This document shows positions 18,264 through 29,008 of a stretch of DNA of 64,000 nt, one piece after another. The notes below the pieces were generated by a model that was not told the DNA's origin, ran no database searches, and was given only the letters and a program-made list of their open reading frames with translations. The position numbers and the translations under genes are program-made. The stretch is from Phycisphaeraceae bacterium (lineage in GTDB: Bacteria; Planctomycetota; Phycisphaerae; Phycisphaerales; Phycisphaeraceae), in NCBI GenBank assembly GCA_963674705.1, contig OY771506.1, positions 4,416,001 through 4,480,000 of the forward strand, given 5' to 3'. Every line of letters begins with the position of its first letter. Position 1 is the stretch's first letter.

Positions 18264-20342
18264 ATGAATAGAACGCAACGAATGTACCGTGTCATACTTC
18301 TATTAGCTATATACATTACAGGACTCGGCTGTTTTGCAGAGTCTACGATTTCTGACAGTTCCGTACTCGATATCGGATTTGAGTCTCAGCCAATGGGCAC
18401 GCTGAAGCGTATCACTGTTAATAACGGTTGGATTGTATCTACCAAAGGCAAGTCCGAGATTGTTGCTGGGAAGCAACGTACCGGCAAACATTCATTAAGA
18501 ATGTATGACTATGATAGTATTGTCAGTTGGGAACCTCAGGCTATTGATAGTGATGCGCATGAATTATCTTTCTGGGCTGAACGTTGGACAAAGAACGGAC
18601 CATTCGAATTCCGCGTTGAATTCTTTGATGGCACATCTTGGCGCGAGGTCTACCGTGGTGATGATGATATTGAAACCGGTGGCTACAAGACCCAGGTAAT
18701 CATCCCGCTGAATGGCGTAATTCCAGAGCGTATACGATTTATCTGCCACAGTGATCCTAACAAGGGTGTCTTGATCGATGATATCCGTATCACACGCTCA
18801 ATGCGGATGGCTGTTAAATCGGTAGTTGCAGAGCCATCTGGCATGCCTGTTTTGGTGGGCAACCGGCATAATCCTGTTGTGCGTATCTGTCTCAATACAC
18901 CCGGCAATATTGATAAACTACATCTGAATCGTATTAAACTTGAGTTGAGTGAGGAGAGTACTTCCTTAATATCTGCAATTGAGATATTCGGTACGGGTGG
19001 TATACCGTCATTGGATTGGCGAAATCCACACACAGTTTTTGGTGACGCTATCGCGATTGGGACACCTAAACCGCCCGCCCGCTCACTGACATTCGAATCT
19101 GACTATCCCCTTCAAGACGGCAAGAATTACTTTTGGGTCTCATATCAACTGAACAATCGTGTAACCCCGAATCATACGCCATTGGTACAATGTCGCGAGG
19201 TCATGCTTAGTAATGGCGACGCGATAACATTAAATAACAATACCAATTCACCCCAAGCCACGGCATCACAGCGTGTTGGCATTGCACTTAGGAATACTGA
19301 CGAGGATGACGTTGCCGCTTATCGGATACCTGGGTTAACAACTACGAATAACGGCACACTGATCGCTGTCTATGATGTCCGCTACAACAGTTGGAGTGAT
19401 TTACCCGCAAATATCGACATCGGCATGAGTCGGAGCACAGATGGTGGAATTTCCTGGGAACCGATGAAGATAATTGGCGATATGGGACATGATCCCCAAT
19501 GGGCATATGATGGTATCGGGGATCCAGCAGTACTGGTAGACAGACAGACTGGCACAATATGGGTGGCTGGGTTGTGGAGCCATGGCGAGCGCGGCTGGAA
19601 AGACTCTGGGCCCGGTCTTAGTCCTGACGAAACAGGTCAACTTGTTCTTTTCAAGAGTGATGATGATGGCCGCACCTGGTCAGAACCGATTAACATCACA
19701 TCTCAAATTAAAGACCCGAAGTGGCATCTTGTTTTCAACGGCCCAGGATGTGGCATCTCCATGCGAGATGGTACTATCGTCTTCGCCGGCCAGTTCAAGG
19801 ATGCAGATGATATGCCGTACTCAACGATCATTTATAGCAAAGATCATGGGATTACCTGGCATATAGGATCGGGTGCGAAATCCAACACAACCGAAGCACA
19901 GGTTGCGGAACTCAGTGATGGTTCACTTATGCTGAACATGCGTGATAACCGTGGTGGATCACGCTCTGTCTATGTAACAAATGATCTTGGTCAGACTTGG
20001 CACGAACACCCAACATCCAGATCAGCTCTTCCTGAACCTGTTTGCCAGGCAAGCCTCATTTCCATGGATGTGCCGAAACTGAGTAGACCTATACTGCTAT
20101 TCTCAAATCCAGCAGTTCCTGACAAACCACGTCGCAATATGACCATCAAGGCTTCAGTAGATGATGGCAACACATGGCCAGAAGAATATCATTTATTGAT
20201 CGACTCGGGTGCATCTGCTGGATATTCATGCCTGACGGTAATCGATCAACATACTGTGGGGATATTGTATGAAGGAAGTCGTGCCAATATGACATTTCTA
20301 AGAATACCTCTCAAAGATATTCTTGGGGATCTGTTGAAGTAA
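18264..20342 (+). CDS. GH33 sialidase with N-terminal accessory domains
   Basis: YRIP, YDVR, GIGDP, Asp-boxes, TTEAQ, MLNMRD, AGYS. Confidence 0.9.
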   Translation: MNRTQRMYRVILLLAIYITGLGCFAESTISDSSVLDIGFESQPMGTLKRITVNNGWIVSTKGKSEIVAGKQRTGKHSLRMYDYDSIVSWEPQAIDSDAHELSFWAERWTKNGPFEFRVEFFDGTSWREVYRGDDDIETGGYKTQVIIPLNGVIPERIRFICHSDPNKGVLIDDIRITRSMRMAVKSVVAEPSGMPVLVGNRHNPVVRICLNTPGNIDKLHLNRIKLELSEESTSLISAIEIFGTGGIPSLDWRNPHTVFGDAIAIGTPKPPARSLTFESDYPLQDGKNYFWVSYQLNNRVTPNHTPLVQCREVMLSNGDAITLNNNTNSPQATASQRVGIALRNTDEDDVAAYRIPGLTTTNNGTLIAVYDVRYNSWSDLPANIDIGMSRSTDGGISWEPMKIIGDMGHDPQWAYDGIGDPAVLVDRQTGTIWVAGLWSHGERGWKDSGPGLSPDETGQLVLFKSDDDGRTWSEPINITSQIKDPKWHLVFNGPGCGISMRDGTIVFAGQFKDADDMPYSTIIYSKDHGITWHIGSGAKSNTTEAQVAELSDGSLMLNMRDNRGGSRSVYVTNDLGQTWHEHPTSRSALPEPVCQASLISMDVPKLSRPILLFSNPAVPDKPRRNMTIKASVDDGNTWPEEYHLLIDSGASAGYSCLTVIDQHTVGILYEGSRANMTFLRIPLKDILGDLLK

Positions 20343-20348
20343 TCCTCA

Positions 20349-21539
20349 TTACTTCAAAGTGCTCAGCTTCATCTGTTCCAACAGTTTCCAGCAATTCAAC
20401 TGCATACGAGGCAGATGGAACGGCCCTTTCCACATATTCCCCTTGAGAGTGGATGCTATAGTACTATCGCGGTGCAGATACCCGAACCATTCACCGTGCT
20501 CCGTATCCGGGAAGTGCTTGTGTGCCCAATCATGGACTTTCTTATGCCAATCCGCGTAGACATCTTTCCCAGTCAAATGATGCGCCAGTAATGTTGCATA
20601 GATTGCTTCGTTGTGAGGCCACCAAAGCTTCATATCGTGCTCATATCGTGGATTGGGATAACCTTTACAGTCTTTAAAGTACAGGATTCCTCCATGCACA
20701 TCATCCCAACCGAACTCCAACGACCAGTCAAGGATCTTGCATGCTTCAAATAATAACGTCTTGTTATTATTACGATAACGCGATTCTTCCATCATGAACC
20801 ATGATGTCTCGATTGCATGCCCCGGATTGACCTCTCGACCATCCGGTTCATCCACGAATTCTCCATTCGGCCCGACGCTTTCCAGCAGAACCTTGAATTC
20901 CGGCTTAAGAAAGTGATTAATGACTTCTTCCAGCACTTCATCAATGGTTGTCTGGTAAATTGGATCGTCATCAATCTGCCGAAGAATCTGCGAAGTAGCC
21001 AACAGTATCATTGGCATGGCGTGAGACTTCATAGATCGTGTTTGTGGGATGCCTTTGGGTTCCAGTAAACCAGGTGTCTTGTAATATTTAATAATCAACT
21101 TGAATAAGTCCGCCGCTTCTTGGCTGGCCTCGTCGTCACCGGATGCTTTGGCATATTCTGCTAATCCGACCGCAGCGAATGTCTCGGTGAATAAGTAGCG
21201 ACGTTTACGCAAGGGCTTCCCGTCACGGGTTACGGCGTAAAACATCCTCCCGTCTGAGTCGAAGCCGTATTTACGCAAAAATCCGATACCATGCCGGGCC
21301 AGTTCCAGCCATTCCGGCTTCTTCTCTACCTGATTATACAACCTTGCAAACAACCAACTGATCCGCCCCGCGACCCACATCGGCTTGTCTGTCGAGACGA
21401 TCGTGCCGTCCGCATCCAGGAATGTCATGAAACCGCCACATTCTCTATCCAGGGCATGGCGGGTCCAGAATGGAATGGTGCTGTCAAGTAGACCGTCTCG
21501 ATAAACCGGTATCAGTTCTTCTATCCTGGATAGATCCAT
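20349..21539 (-). CDS. N-acylglucosamine 2-epimerase (AGE family; ManNAc to GlcNAc)
   Basis: NPGHAIE, KLWWPHNE, GEWFGYLHRD, WKGPFHLPR. Confidence 0.9.
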   Translation of the reverse strand: MDLSRIEELIPVYRDGLLDSTIPFWTRHALDRECGGFMTFLDADGTIVSTDKPMWVAGRISWLFARLYNQVEKKPEWLELARHGIGFLRKYGFDSDGRMFYAVTRDGKPLRKRRYLFTETFAAVGLAEYAKASGDDEASQEAADLFKLIIKYYKTPGLLEPKGIPQTRSMKSHAMPMILLATSQILRQIDDDPIYQTTIDEVLEEVINHFLKPEFKVLLESVGPNGEFVDEPDGREVNPGHAIETSWFMMEESRYRNNNKTLLFEACKILDWSLEFGWDDVHGGILYFKDCKGYPNPRYEHDMKLWWPHNEAIYATLLAHHLTGKDVYADWHKKVHDWAHKHFPDTEHGEWFGYLHRDSTIASTLKGNMWKGPFHLPRMQLNCWKLLEQMKLSTLK

Positions 21540-21629
21540 TATATTTCCTTACTACAATTATAATATAGTTTATAAATAACGGCTTTGTATATGTGGCATG
21601 TAATATGAGGGCATTTTACCAATTGAATG

Positions 21630-23732
21630 TTATTTTTGCATGACGATCACAGGATTCTGCCAGTATGCCCAATCGTGGGAATTGTTAGTCTTGGGGTCAA
21701 CCTCCAACGTAATACGTACTGATTTGCCGGCATAAGCTTTCAAGGAGGCATGCTGACTATTGTTGTTACTCAGACTATCGTGTTCCATCAACAACTTGTC
21801 ATTGACAAACAGCCGGTAGACTACCCCGTCCCCATTACCGGACTCGGTGTACAGCGTTGTATGAAACTCAAGGCCTTTCCGATCGGGCAACAGAAGCTCG
21901 TACCGTATTTTCGCTCCTTTGTGTGGCGTGCCTTGGGGATGCAGGTAGATCCCTTTATGGACGCCGCCATCGGCTTGAGGGAATAAGCGAGTTCTATACT
22001 CAAGTGAATCGGTGATGGTCGCTGAATCGATCTCCTTAACAAAATCATATACTAGCTCGCCATCGGAAATGACGTACTCAAGGTCGGGCGAATGCTCCGG
22101 AATAGCTGCTTTATATACATAGACGTCATCCCAGGAATCCAAGCCTAATATGGCAAGTGCGAACTTTACCTCATCACGCCAATTTGGTGTGCCGGCGGCC
22201 TGGAACACATACCACAATTTTTTCTTTTGGTCTGGCGTGGACATGTGGCCGGGAATCTGCTTCGCGGTCCATAATCCGAGTCTCAAGCCGAACTCACCGC
22301 GATGATCTACATGACGGTGTAGTATATAGGCCTCAATTTTTGGTATCTGCTTGATGCGTTCATATGACAAAGCGTAAGCCGCTGCCTGTATCTCCTCCCC
22401 ATCGGGCCCTGCCGGGGTATCAAAACCTTGTTCAGAAAGTATCAACCGGCGTGACCGTCCTTGAATCATATTTCGTGGTTTATCCATGTAGCCCGCTAAA
22501 ACTTCAAGGTTTCTGAACGTCACCATAGGCGTGTCATATCCAAACGTTGCCATGTCATCCTGCCAGAAACGAGGATTACGCAAATCCTGCGGATAAGGAT
22601 GATACGCGATGTGCCAAGGATAATTGCCTTCATTTATTGACAATTCAACCAGCTTATCAAGCAAGGCCTTACCTGACAGACTACGTAATGGATCTTGTGA
22701 ATTCGGCCTAACCCAGCTATGGGTTAGTGAAATGAAAACCGGGATATCGGAATGTGCCTGCGATATCGCAAGCCAGGATAGCCTGACCTGGTTAAGATAC
22801 TCCCGGGCTACGGTATCCAGGTCTGCTGGCCCCATGTTGTGCCAAGTCCAATGCGAATCGACTTCATTACCGATGATGTATCCACCGATCTGCCCGAATC
22901 GCTTATCCGGCCTGCTATAACGTTCGGCGAGAAACTCCATCAACGTAGTATAAGTCACTACGCTTTTCTTGTTCGATAGATTAACCGCGAAGTGGCTGAA
23001 TTCCGGATCAGTAATATATGCGTCAGGATGGATTAGCGGATTGTTTTCTCTAGCGGGCAAGCCAACGATATTAAGTATCACCGCAACAACGTTGACATCT
23101 GCTTTAGTAAGATCGGATATCGTGTTATCTAGAGACCTCACATAATCCGGATTAATACGGATGGTGATACCTTCTCTATGGAGCATCCATTCTCTATCTG
23201 GATTTTCAGCTCCTTCTGGAAGAAGCAAATTGCTAAGGTTTATGTTCCAGTGTGTATGCCGGGCACCGAGTTCTTTAAGATCATCGATCACAACTGGACA
23301 CGAAACACCTTTGACTTCGCTCGGCCAGGTAACATCTTGATGGTACTTGGATACGCCATCCATCTCAGTAACCCAGCGGAGATACTGCTGCCCATCGAGA
23401 GTTATCAGAAACTGTTGATAGAGAAGATTGTTCTTGCCATTCCACTTCGGCAAGCTGATCGTATCGCTTGTAGGCTTTTGATCGTAGAGCACCTTGAAGT
23501 CTTTACGATCCTGATACACCGCCCCGGCTTCGATGCGACAAGCTTGAATGTCTTCGGGCAGATGTACGTATAAACTCTCGGTAGTTGCACCGACATATAT
23601 CTGTTCGTCTGTTTTGTCCTGCCCCCACACACTGCTTACGGCAAAATAAAAAGCCACAAGAAACAGCACAATCGCCATTCTTCGATAGTTTCGTCGCTTA
23701 CCCCCAGCCAGAAAGATTACTGTAATATTCAT
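21630..23732 (-). CDS. Secreted clan GH-A-like glycoside hydrolase (DUF5722-like) with C-terminal carbohydrate-binding-like domain
   Basis: Signal peptide; YIIGNEVD, AYHPYP, ILSEQGF; C-terminal GDGV...DWAYW beta-sandwich. Confidence 0.7.
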   Translation of the reverse strand: MNITVIFLAGGKRRNYRRMAIVLFLVAFYFAVSSVWGQDKTDEQIYVGATTESLYVHLPEDIQACRIEAGAVYQDRKDFKVLYDQKPTSDTISLPKWNGKNNLLYQQFLITLDGQQYLRWVTEMDGVSKYHQDVTWPSEVKGVSCPVVIDDLKELGARHTHWNINLSNLLLPEGAENPDREWMLHREGITIRINPDYVRSLDNTISDLTKADVNVVAVILNIVGLPARENNPLIHPDAYITDPEFSHFAVNLSNKKSVVTYTTLMEFLAERYSRPDKRFGQIGGYIIGNEVDSHWTWHNMGPADLDTVAREYLNQVRLSWLAISQAHSDIPVFISLTHSWVRPNSQDPLRSLSGKALLDKLVELSINEGNYPWHIAYHPYPQDLRNPRFWQDDMATFGYDTPMVTFRNLEVLAGYMDKPRNMIQGRSRRLILSEQGFDTPAGPDGEEIQAAAYALSYERIKQIPKIEAYILHRHVDHRGEFGLRLGLWTAKQIPGHMSTPDQKKKLWYVFQAAGTPNWRDEVKFALAILGLDSWDDVYVYKAAIPEHSPDLEYVISDGELVYDFVKEIDSATITDSLEYRTRLFPQADGGVHKGIYLHPQGTPHKGAKIRYELLLPDRKGLEFHTTLYTESGNGDGVVYRLFVNDKLLMEHDSLSNNNSQHASLKAYAGKSVRITLEVDPKTNNSHDWAYWQNPVIVMQK

Positions 23733-23830
23733 TATTACAAGACCTTATAACATAGTGGAAGAATCGGTAGTGTATTTGTCGACCTGTTGAAAGCAGCGTT
23801 CTCGAATCGGATATAATTCGATGTACATCA

Positions 23831-25789
23831 TTGGATTTCCTCCCCTGGGCGAACAACTGGAATACCAATCTGGCTCTCATTGGACCTGTAGTGGAGATTA
23901 TGTTGCTCTCTGACCATTATAACTCCGCACACTGGGTGCTGAAGGAAGCCGATACGTGGCAGAACGTCGCGGATTGGCCGGATCCAATTGCTCCGCTGTG
24001 GGAAAGGTATACCGAGATATTGAAGGATATGAGGCTGCCCGAGTCCACCGGCCTGTCTCGCGAAAACTATCTGCATGTAATCAGCGGTATCGTCGTGTAC
24101 TTTGCCAAATTTCAGAATGATAAGGGCGCAGTCATCGACCCCTATCATGAGGTTGAAATTCAGTATTCAACCCCCTGTTTTGCCCTCGCAGCTGCGACAT
24201 TGTTTGTTCACGATGGTCGAGAGGATCTACTAGAGCCGGCGGCATGTGCGCTCGAGTGGTCGATAATAACTTTGAGTCAACGCAGGGCAGCCACATCTCA
24301 CGAGGACTTCTTCCCGCCTCTAATAGCACATACACTATCTTTGGTTAAGAGCAAGATAGAGCCAGCACGTTTCGCTGAATGGATACGACTAATCAAGGGT
24401 TTTGACCCGTATGATATTTATCGTGTTGCGCCTGGTGATAACAACTGGAACGTTGTGGCTCTAAGCGGCGAAGGGCTTTTTTATCTGCAAGGGTTGCGTG
24501 AAAACAATACTTACGTCGAGCATTCACTCGCTGCACAGGGTCAATTCTTCAACTCGCCTTGGGGCCTTTATACCGAGGGCCCCATGGCATACGATCTTTT
24601 CCCCCGTATATGGGTTGCAGATTTGCTGGCGAGCGGCTACACGGGATACCGGGCCGACATACTTGAGGATGTCTTGGGGCGAGGTGTTAAGACAAGCCTG
24701 TTTATGCAATCCCCTGCCGGTGAGTTACCTGCTGGTGGACGCAGCGCTCATCACCAATGGAACGAAGCTGAACAGTGTGTCATGTTTGAAGTATATGCAT
24801 CCAAGGCAATACTTCGAAACGATTTGGCAGAGGCTGGGTCATATAAACGTGCGTCCCATCTCGCTCTGAAGTCTTTACTTCGTTGGATTCGCCCAAGCGG
24901 TGAACTTTGGATAGTTAAAAACCGTCGCAACCCAGCCAATCAACATGGCTATGAATCTTACTCGTCTCACTCTCAATACAATCTGCTTACCGCTGCGATG
25001 TTAGCATTAGCCTTTAAGCACGCTGAGCGAACTGAAGCTATTACTGAGTATTACACGCCGGCTGAAGTCGGTGGATTCGTATTCCAACTCCCCGACCCCT
25101 TCAATAAACTAATCGCAAATGTCGGTGGACACTACCTGCTTATCGATTACTACGCAGATCTGACTCACAATCCCACAGGCTTGCTTCGGATTCATCAATG
25201 CGGGATGGATCCTCAGCTTGGACCAAGTGATGGACTGACCGAAACAGCGGCATATCACCTACCCGATGGACCCCAAACTTCCGCCGCGGTCGGTGTGTCC
25301 TGGATTGATTGCAATGGCTCATGGCGGCGGCTTGCGGAATATGGACATCTCCATGGCCAACCGGGACAGTATGGACCTGTGTCCGCCGAACTTGATATGA
25401 TTGAACAATCCCCTGAACGTGTGGTATTTAGTCTTACATATCATGGGGAGTTCAATGGCCCTCAAGCTATCATAGAACGCTACACACTCACCCCGGATAC
25501 TGTCATTCAAAATACTGAGCTTCTGGATTATGATGGCGCATCAAGATTGATCTGGCCAATACTGGCAAATGACGGTGTAAACGATCTGGCTATCACTACG
25601 ATCGATGATACAATTCGCGTGTCGTCCAAGGATAGCACGCAGACATTTACAACACATGGCGCATATACAACTCAGGTCCTTCCAGAACGCTATGGCTGTC
25701 GTAATGGATGGGCCCGTATAGCTGTTTCTGAATTCGGGCCCGGTATCATGCCAGCCATTGTAATTACATCCACCATCGTTCATGACTAA
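23831..25789 (+). CDS. Hypothetical protein, possible alpha/alpha-toroid carbohydrate-active enzyme
   Basis: 652-aa ORF with helical N-part (NNWN, GGRSAHHQWNE, YSSHSQYN) and beta-rich C-part. Start may be ATG 23900. Confidence 0.6.
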   Translation: MDFLPWANNWNTNLALIGPVVEIMLLSDHYNSAHWVLKEADTWQNVADWPDPIAPLWERYTEILKDMRLPESTGLSRENYLHVISGIVVYFAKFQNDKGAVIDPYHEVEIQYSTPCFALAAATLFVHDGREDLLEPAACALEWSIITLSQRRAATSHEDFFPPLIAHTLSLVKSKIEPARFAEWIRLIKGFDPYDIYRVAPGDNNWNVVALSGEGLFYLQGLRENNTYVEHSLAAQGQFFNSPWGLYTEGPMAYDLFPRIWVADLLASGYTGYRADILEDVLGRGVKTSLFMQSPAGELPAGGRSAHHQWNEAEQCVMFEVYASKAILRNDLAEAGSYKRASHLALKSLLRWIRPSGELWIVKNRRNPANQHGYESYSSHSQYNLLTAAMLALAFKHAERTEAITEYYTPAEVGGFVFQLPDPFNKLIANVGGHYLLIDYYADLTHNPTGLLRIHQCGMDPQLGPSDGLTETAAYHLPDGPQTSAAVGVSWIDCNGSWRRLAEYGHLHGQPGQYGPVSAELDMIEQSPERVVFSLTYHGEFNGPQAIIERYTLTPDTVIQNTELLDYDGASRLIWPILANDGVNDLAITTIDDTIRVSSKDSTQTFTTHGAYTTQVLPERYGCRNGWARIAVSEFGPGIMPAIVITSTIVHD

Positions 25790-25910
25790 CCTCCCTCATG
25801 TGAAGGGCGTGAAGCATTCGGATTCGCGTGTCTGTTTGAGCCCCATAGGGTCAGCAGCTATTATGCAAATCACTACAGGCCATGTTATTATATTTTGCTG
25901 GATATAGACC

Positions 25911-27113
25911 ATGGCAGCAATAATAAACCCCAATAACTCTGACTCTTCCCGTTCAATTTATGTGGTCAACGTAGTTGCCGCATGCAGCATCGTATTTGGT
26001 CGCGATACATTGCGGGGGATATTGAAGTACGCCAATCTTCAGCAGGATTGGCTCATTCACGTGGATCCTTGGGATACGACTGGCCGTCACGAGGTATACC
26101 CGGAAACTGATGGGGCGATTTATGCTGGTGGTGGTGATGATGTTTATCACATGCTACTTAATAGGAGTAAGCACGTCGTCTGTTGTGAGGCATCCTACGA
26201 TCAATCAAAATCCCCCATCGTTTCATCTGACGAAGAAGCAATAGGCAAAATCGCGGCGGACCATCTCCTTGATTGCGGCTATCAACACTTCGCTTACTAC
26301 GGTGTCGCTCATGGCGCTTCGCGGAATGTGGGCAATATGCGCTATTCTGGTTTTGATACCGAACTGAAGTGCAGAGATCATTCATGCAAATTTGTCTGTC
26401 CGGTTTCCTGGCCATCTGGCTCAGAACGTATGTCGCGCTCACACCGACGTACATTAATTGAGTGGCTCGATCCCCTGCCTAAGCCAATTGGGATAATGAC
26501 AAGTGATGATACCCTTGCCTTTGATTTGGCTGCAGCTATTCGTGAAACCAAGTTCAAGGTACCCGATGATATTGCCATAATCGGCGTGAATAATGATGAA
26601 CTACTCTGTGAAGCCGCTTCGCCTCCTCTTTCGAGTGTTGATGTCGACTTTCAGCGGTTAGGATATGAAGCTGCTAAATTGCTTGACCGTATGTTGCGGG
26701 GAGATAATATTTCAAAATCCCAAAGACATATTCAGATGAGTCCTTTGGGTATTCATCAGCGAGTCAGTACCAACCAGCTTGCGATTGACGATAAGGACCT
26801 TGCAGCAGCCATTCAATTCATCCGAAACCATGCCTGTGATCCCTGTGGTGTACGCGATGTCCTGAACCACGTACCTGTTGCACGTCGCTGGTTAGAGCGC
26901 GAATTCGTTGAGAAGGTAGGCAGAACACCGTATGAAGAGATTCTTCGTGTCCGGATCGATCAATCTAAACGTATGCTGTTACAATTAGATCTTTCTGTTG
27001 ACGAGATAGCCAGAAGGTGTGGATACTCAGCAACTTCGAACTTCAATCGCATCTTCCGGAAAGTAACGGGACAAACACCGGCTGCTTTCAGGCGCAGTTG
27101 CCGTTCAGATTGA
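25911..27113 (+). CDS. XylR-type regulator (LacI-like sensor + AraC HTH)
   Basis: VPDDIAIIGVNND, PPLSSV, C-terminal IARRCGYS..SNFNRIFRK..GQTP. Confidence 0.9.
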   Translation: MAAIINPNNSDSSRSIYVVNVVAACSIVFGRDTLRGILKYANLQQDWLIHVDPWDTTGRHEVYPETDGAIYAGGGDDVYHMLLNRSKHVVCCEASYDQSKSPIVSSDEEAIGKIAADHLLDCGYQHFAYYGVAHGASRNVGNMRYSGFDTELKCRDHSCKFVCPVSWPSGSERMSRSHRRTLIEWLDPLPKPIGIMTSDDTLAFDLAAAIRETKFKVPDDIAIIGVNNDELLCEAASPPLSSVDVDFQRLGYEAAKLLDRMLRGDNISKSQRHIQMSPLGIHQRVSTNQLAIDDKDLAAAIQFIRNHACDPCGVRDVLNHVPVARRWLEREFVEKVGRTPYEEILRVRIDQSKRMLLQLDLSVDEIARRCGYSATSNFNRIFRKVTGQTPAAFRRSCRSD

Positions 27114-27396
27114 TTCGGTCTGCATTGATATCTGGCACATTTAGCCTTTTTCCCTACGGCAACCGCGGTATACATAATTTCCCTGCCATGATTGATGCAT
27201 TATTTGGTTGATTACCTCCTAATATTTATCGCTTTACTACTGTGCGTGTACTCTGTTTGGATACATACACTTTGTTTCTATGTACTTACGCACGATTGAC
27301 CCAATCTCTTAAAAGAATAACACTAATTTCCTAATCTTCTTGGGTACAATTCATGAGATCATGTTCGAAGCAATATCGTACAGGAGGCCCCGAGAT

Positions 27397-28956
27397 TTGG
27401 ACGTTAAACGATTAATCTTCTGTCTTCTCACATCAACCCTGCTTCCCGTCACAGCGACAGCAGATGATTTCTACATTGCTACAAACGGAAATGACACCAA
27501 TCCCGGGACTGTCGCCCATCCATTCGCATCACTCGCACGCGCACAACAGGCAGTATCTCCCGGCGATACAGTATGGATAAGAGGCGGTGTATATGAATTC
27601 AATGCTGGATTTGGGGCAAGTGAGTATGCAGTATTGTTCAATAAAAGCGGAACAGCAGATAATCGCATCAATTACTGGGCCATGCCGGGAGAGCAACCGG
27701 TTTTCGACTTCTACAACTACCTCCCGTATGAACGTATACGCGGCTTCAGCATTCAAGCTGATTATCTGCACTTCAAAGGCCTTGAACTTCGTGGCGTTCA
27801 GCAAGTAATTACCAATGTTAATGAATCGTGGGCAATACGCGTTGAAGGACCAGGTGGTGATTACAACATCTTCGAACAACTTGATCTGCATCACAATGAA
27901 GGACCTGGCTTATTTATCGTGAACGGTGGTAATAATCTAGTACTTAATTGTGACTCTCACGATAACTACGACCCTGACCGCGGGGGGGAAAACGCTGACG
28001 GCTTCGGCAGTCATAGCAACGATGATGGCAATATTTTCAGTGGTAACCGCGCTTGGAATAACAGTGATGACGGATTCGATTTTATTAACTCAGACGGCCG
28101 GGTCATACTCGAATACTCTTGGGCTTGGCACAACGGCTATATCTACGATACTGATACTGCCGCAGGAAATGGCGCAGGCATCAAAGCAGGCGGTTATGGC
28201 TTGAATACAGCAAACTTCCCAAATCCGGAAGACGTACCAAGAAACGTCATTCGCAATAATGTTTCTTTCGATAACCGAGTTCAGGGGTTTTATGCAAACC
28301 ACCACCCCGGGGCGATTGAATGGCTGAATAATACAGCCTTTGATAATCCGCGAGGTTTCGATCTTCTTAATGATGTTGATCCAGTTAACTGGACTGCCGA
28401 GCATTACCTTCGTAATAATATTGCGTTTGATAACGGCACCAATCTGATTAACGATAATCAGTCCCAGATCGATGATGAATTCAATACCTGGAATCTTGGA
28501 TTCAATGTGTCAGTGTCGGATTTCTTAAGCACCGATACAACAGGTGTTGACGGTCCTCGCCATGTTGACGGCAACTTACCTGATCTCGATTTCCTTAAGA
28601 TTACATCCTACAGTGATCTTATTGATGCAGGATCAGATGTGGGGTTACCGTTCTTTGGTGCAGCGCCGGATCTTGGGGCATTCGAAACGGGGGGGCCGCT
28701 GACCGGCGACCTTGATGGAGACGGGTTCGTCGGACTTTCTGACTTGGACATCATACTTGTTAACTGGAACCTTGCTGTACCACCGTCAGATGAACGTGCT
28801 GATCCCTCCAACAATGGATATGTCGGCCTGCAGGATCTTGATATTGTCCTCAACAATTGGAACGCAGGCACACCACCTGCCATGCCTGTTACTATCCCGG
28901 AATCGAACTGCACAATTCTTATATGTGTAACAAGTCTGTTGATTTTTAAGCGCTAG
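27397..28956 (+). CDS. PL9-like polysaccharide lyase (beta-helix) + dockerin-like + degenerate PEP-CTERM
   Basis: NADGF, NSDDGFD, GNGAGIKAGG, APDLGAFE; dockerin-like pair; IPES tail. AGGAGG at 27382 supports TTG 27397. Confidence 0.8.
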   Translation: MDVKRLIFCLLTSTLLPVTATADDFYIATNGNDTNPGTVAHPFASLARAQQAVSPGDTVWIRGGVYEFNAGFGASEYAVLFNKSGTADNRINYWAMPGEQPVFDFYNYLPYERIRGFSIQADYLHFKGLELRGVQQVITNVNESWAIRVEGPGGDYNIFEQLDLHHNEGPGLFIVNGGNNLVLNCDSHDNYDPDRGGENADGFGSHSNDDGNIFSGNRAWNNSDDGFDFINSDGRVILEYSWAWHNGYIYDTDTAAGNGAGIKAGGYGLNTANFPNPEDVPRNVIRNNVSFDNRVQGFYANHHPGAIEWLNNTAFDNPRGFDLLNDVDPVNWTAEHYLRNNIAFDNGTNLINDNQSQIDDEFNTWNLGFNVSVSDFLSTDTTGVDGPRHVDGNLPDLDFLKITSYSDLIDAGSDVGLPFFGAAPDLGAFETGGPLTGDLDGDGFVGLSDLDIILVNWNLAVPPSDERADPSNNGYVGLQDLDIVLNNWNAGTPPAMPVTIPESNCTILICVTSLLIFKR

Positions 28957-29008
28957 TTATTCTGTTGCTGTATTTGTAATCAGCACGCCTGACATATCTC
29001 TTGATGAG

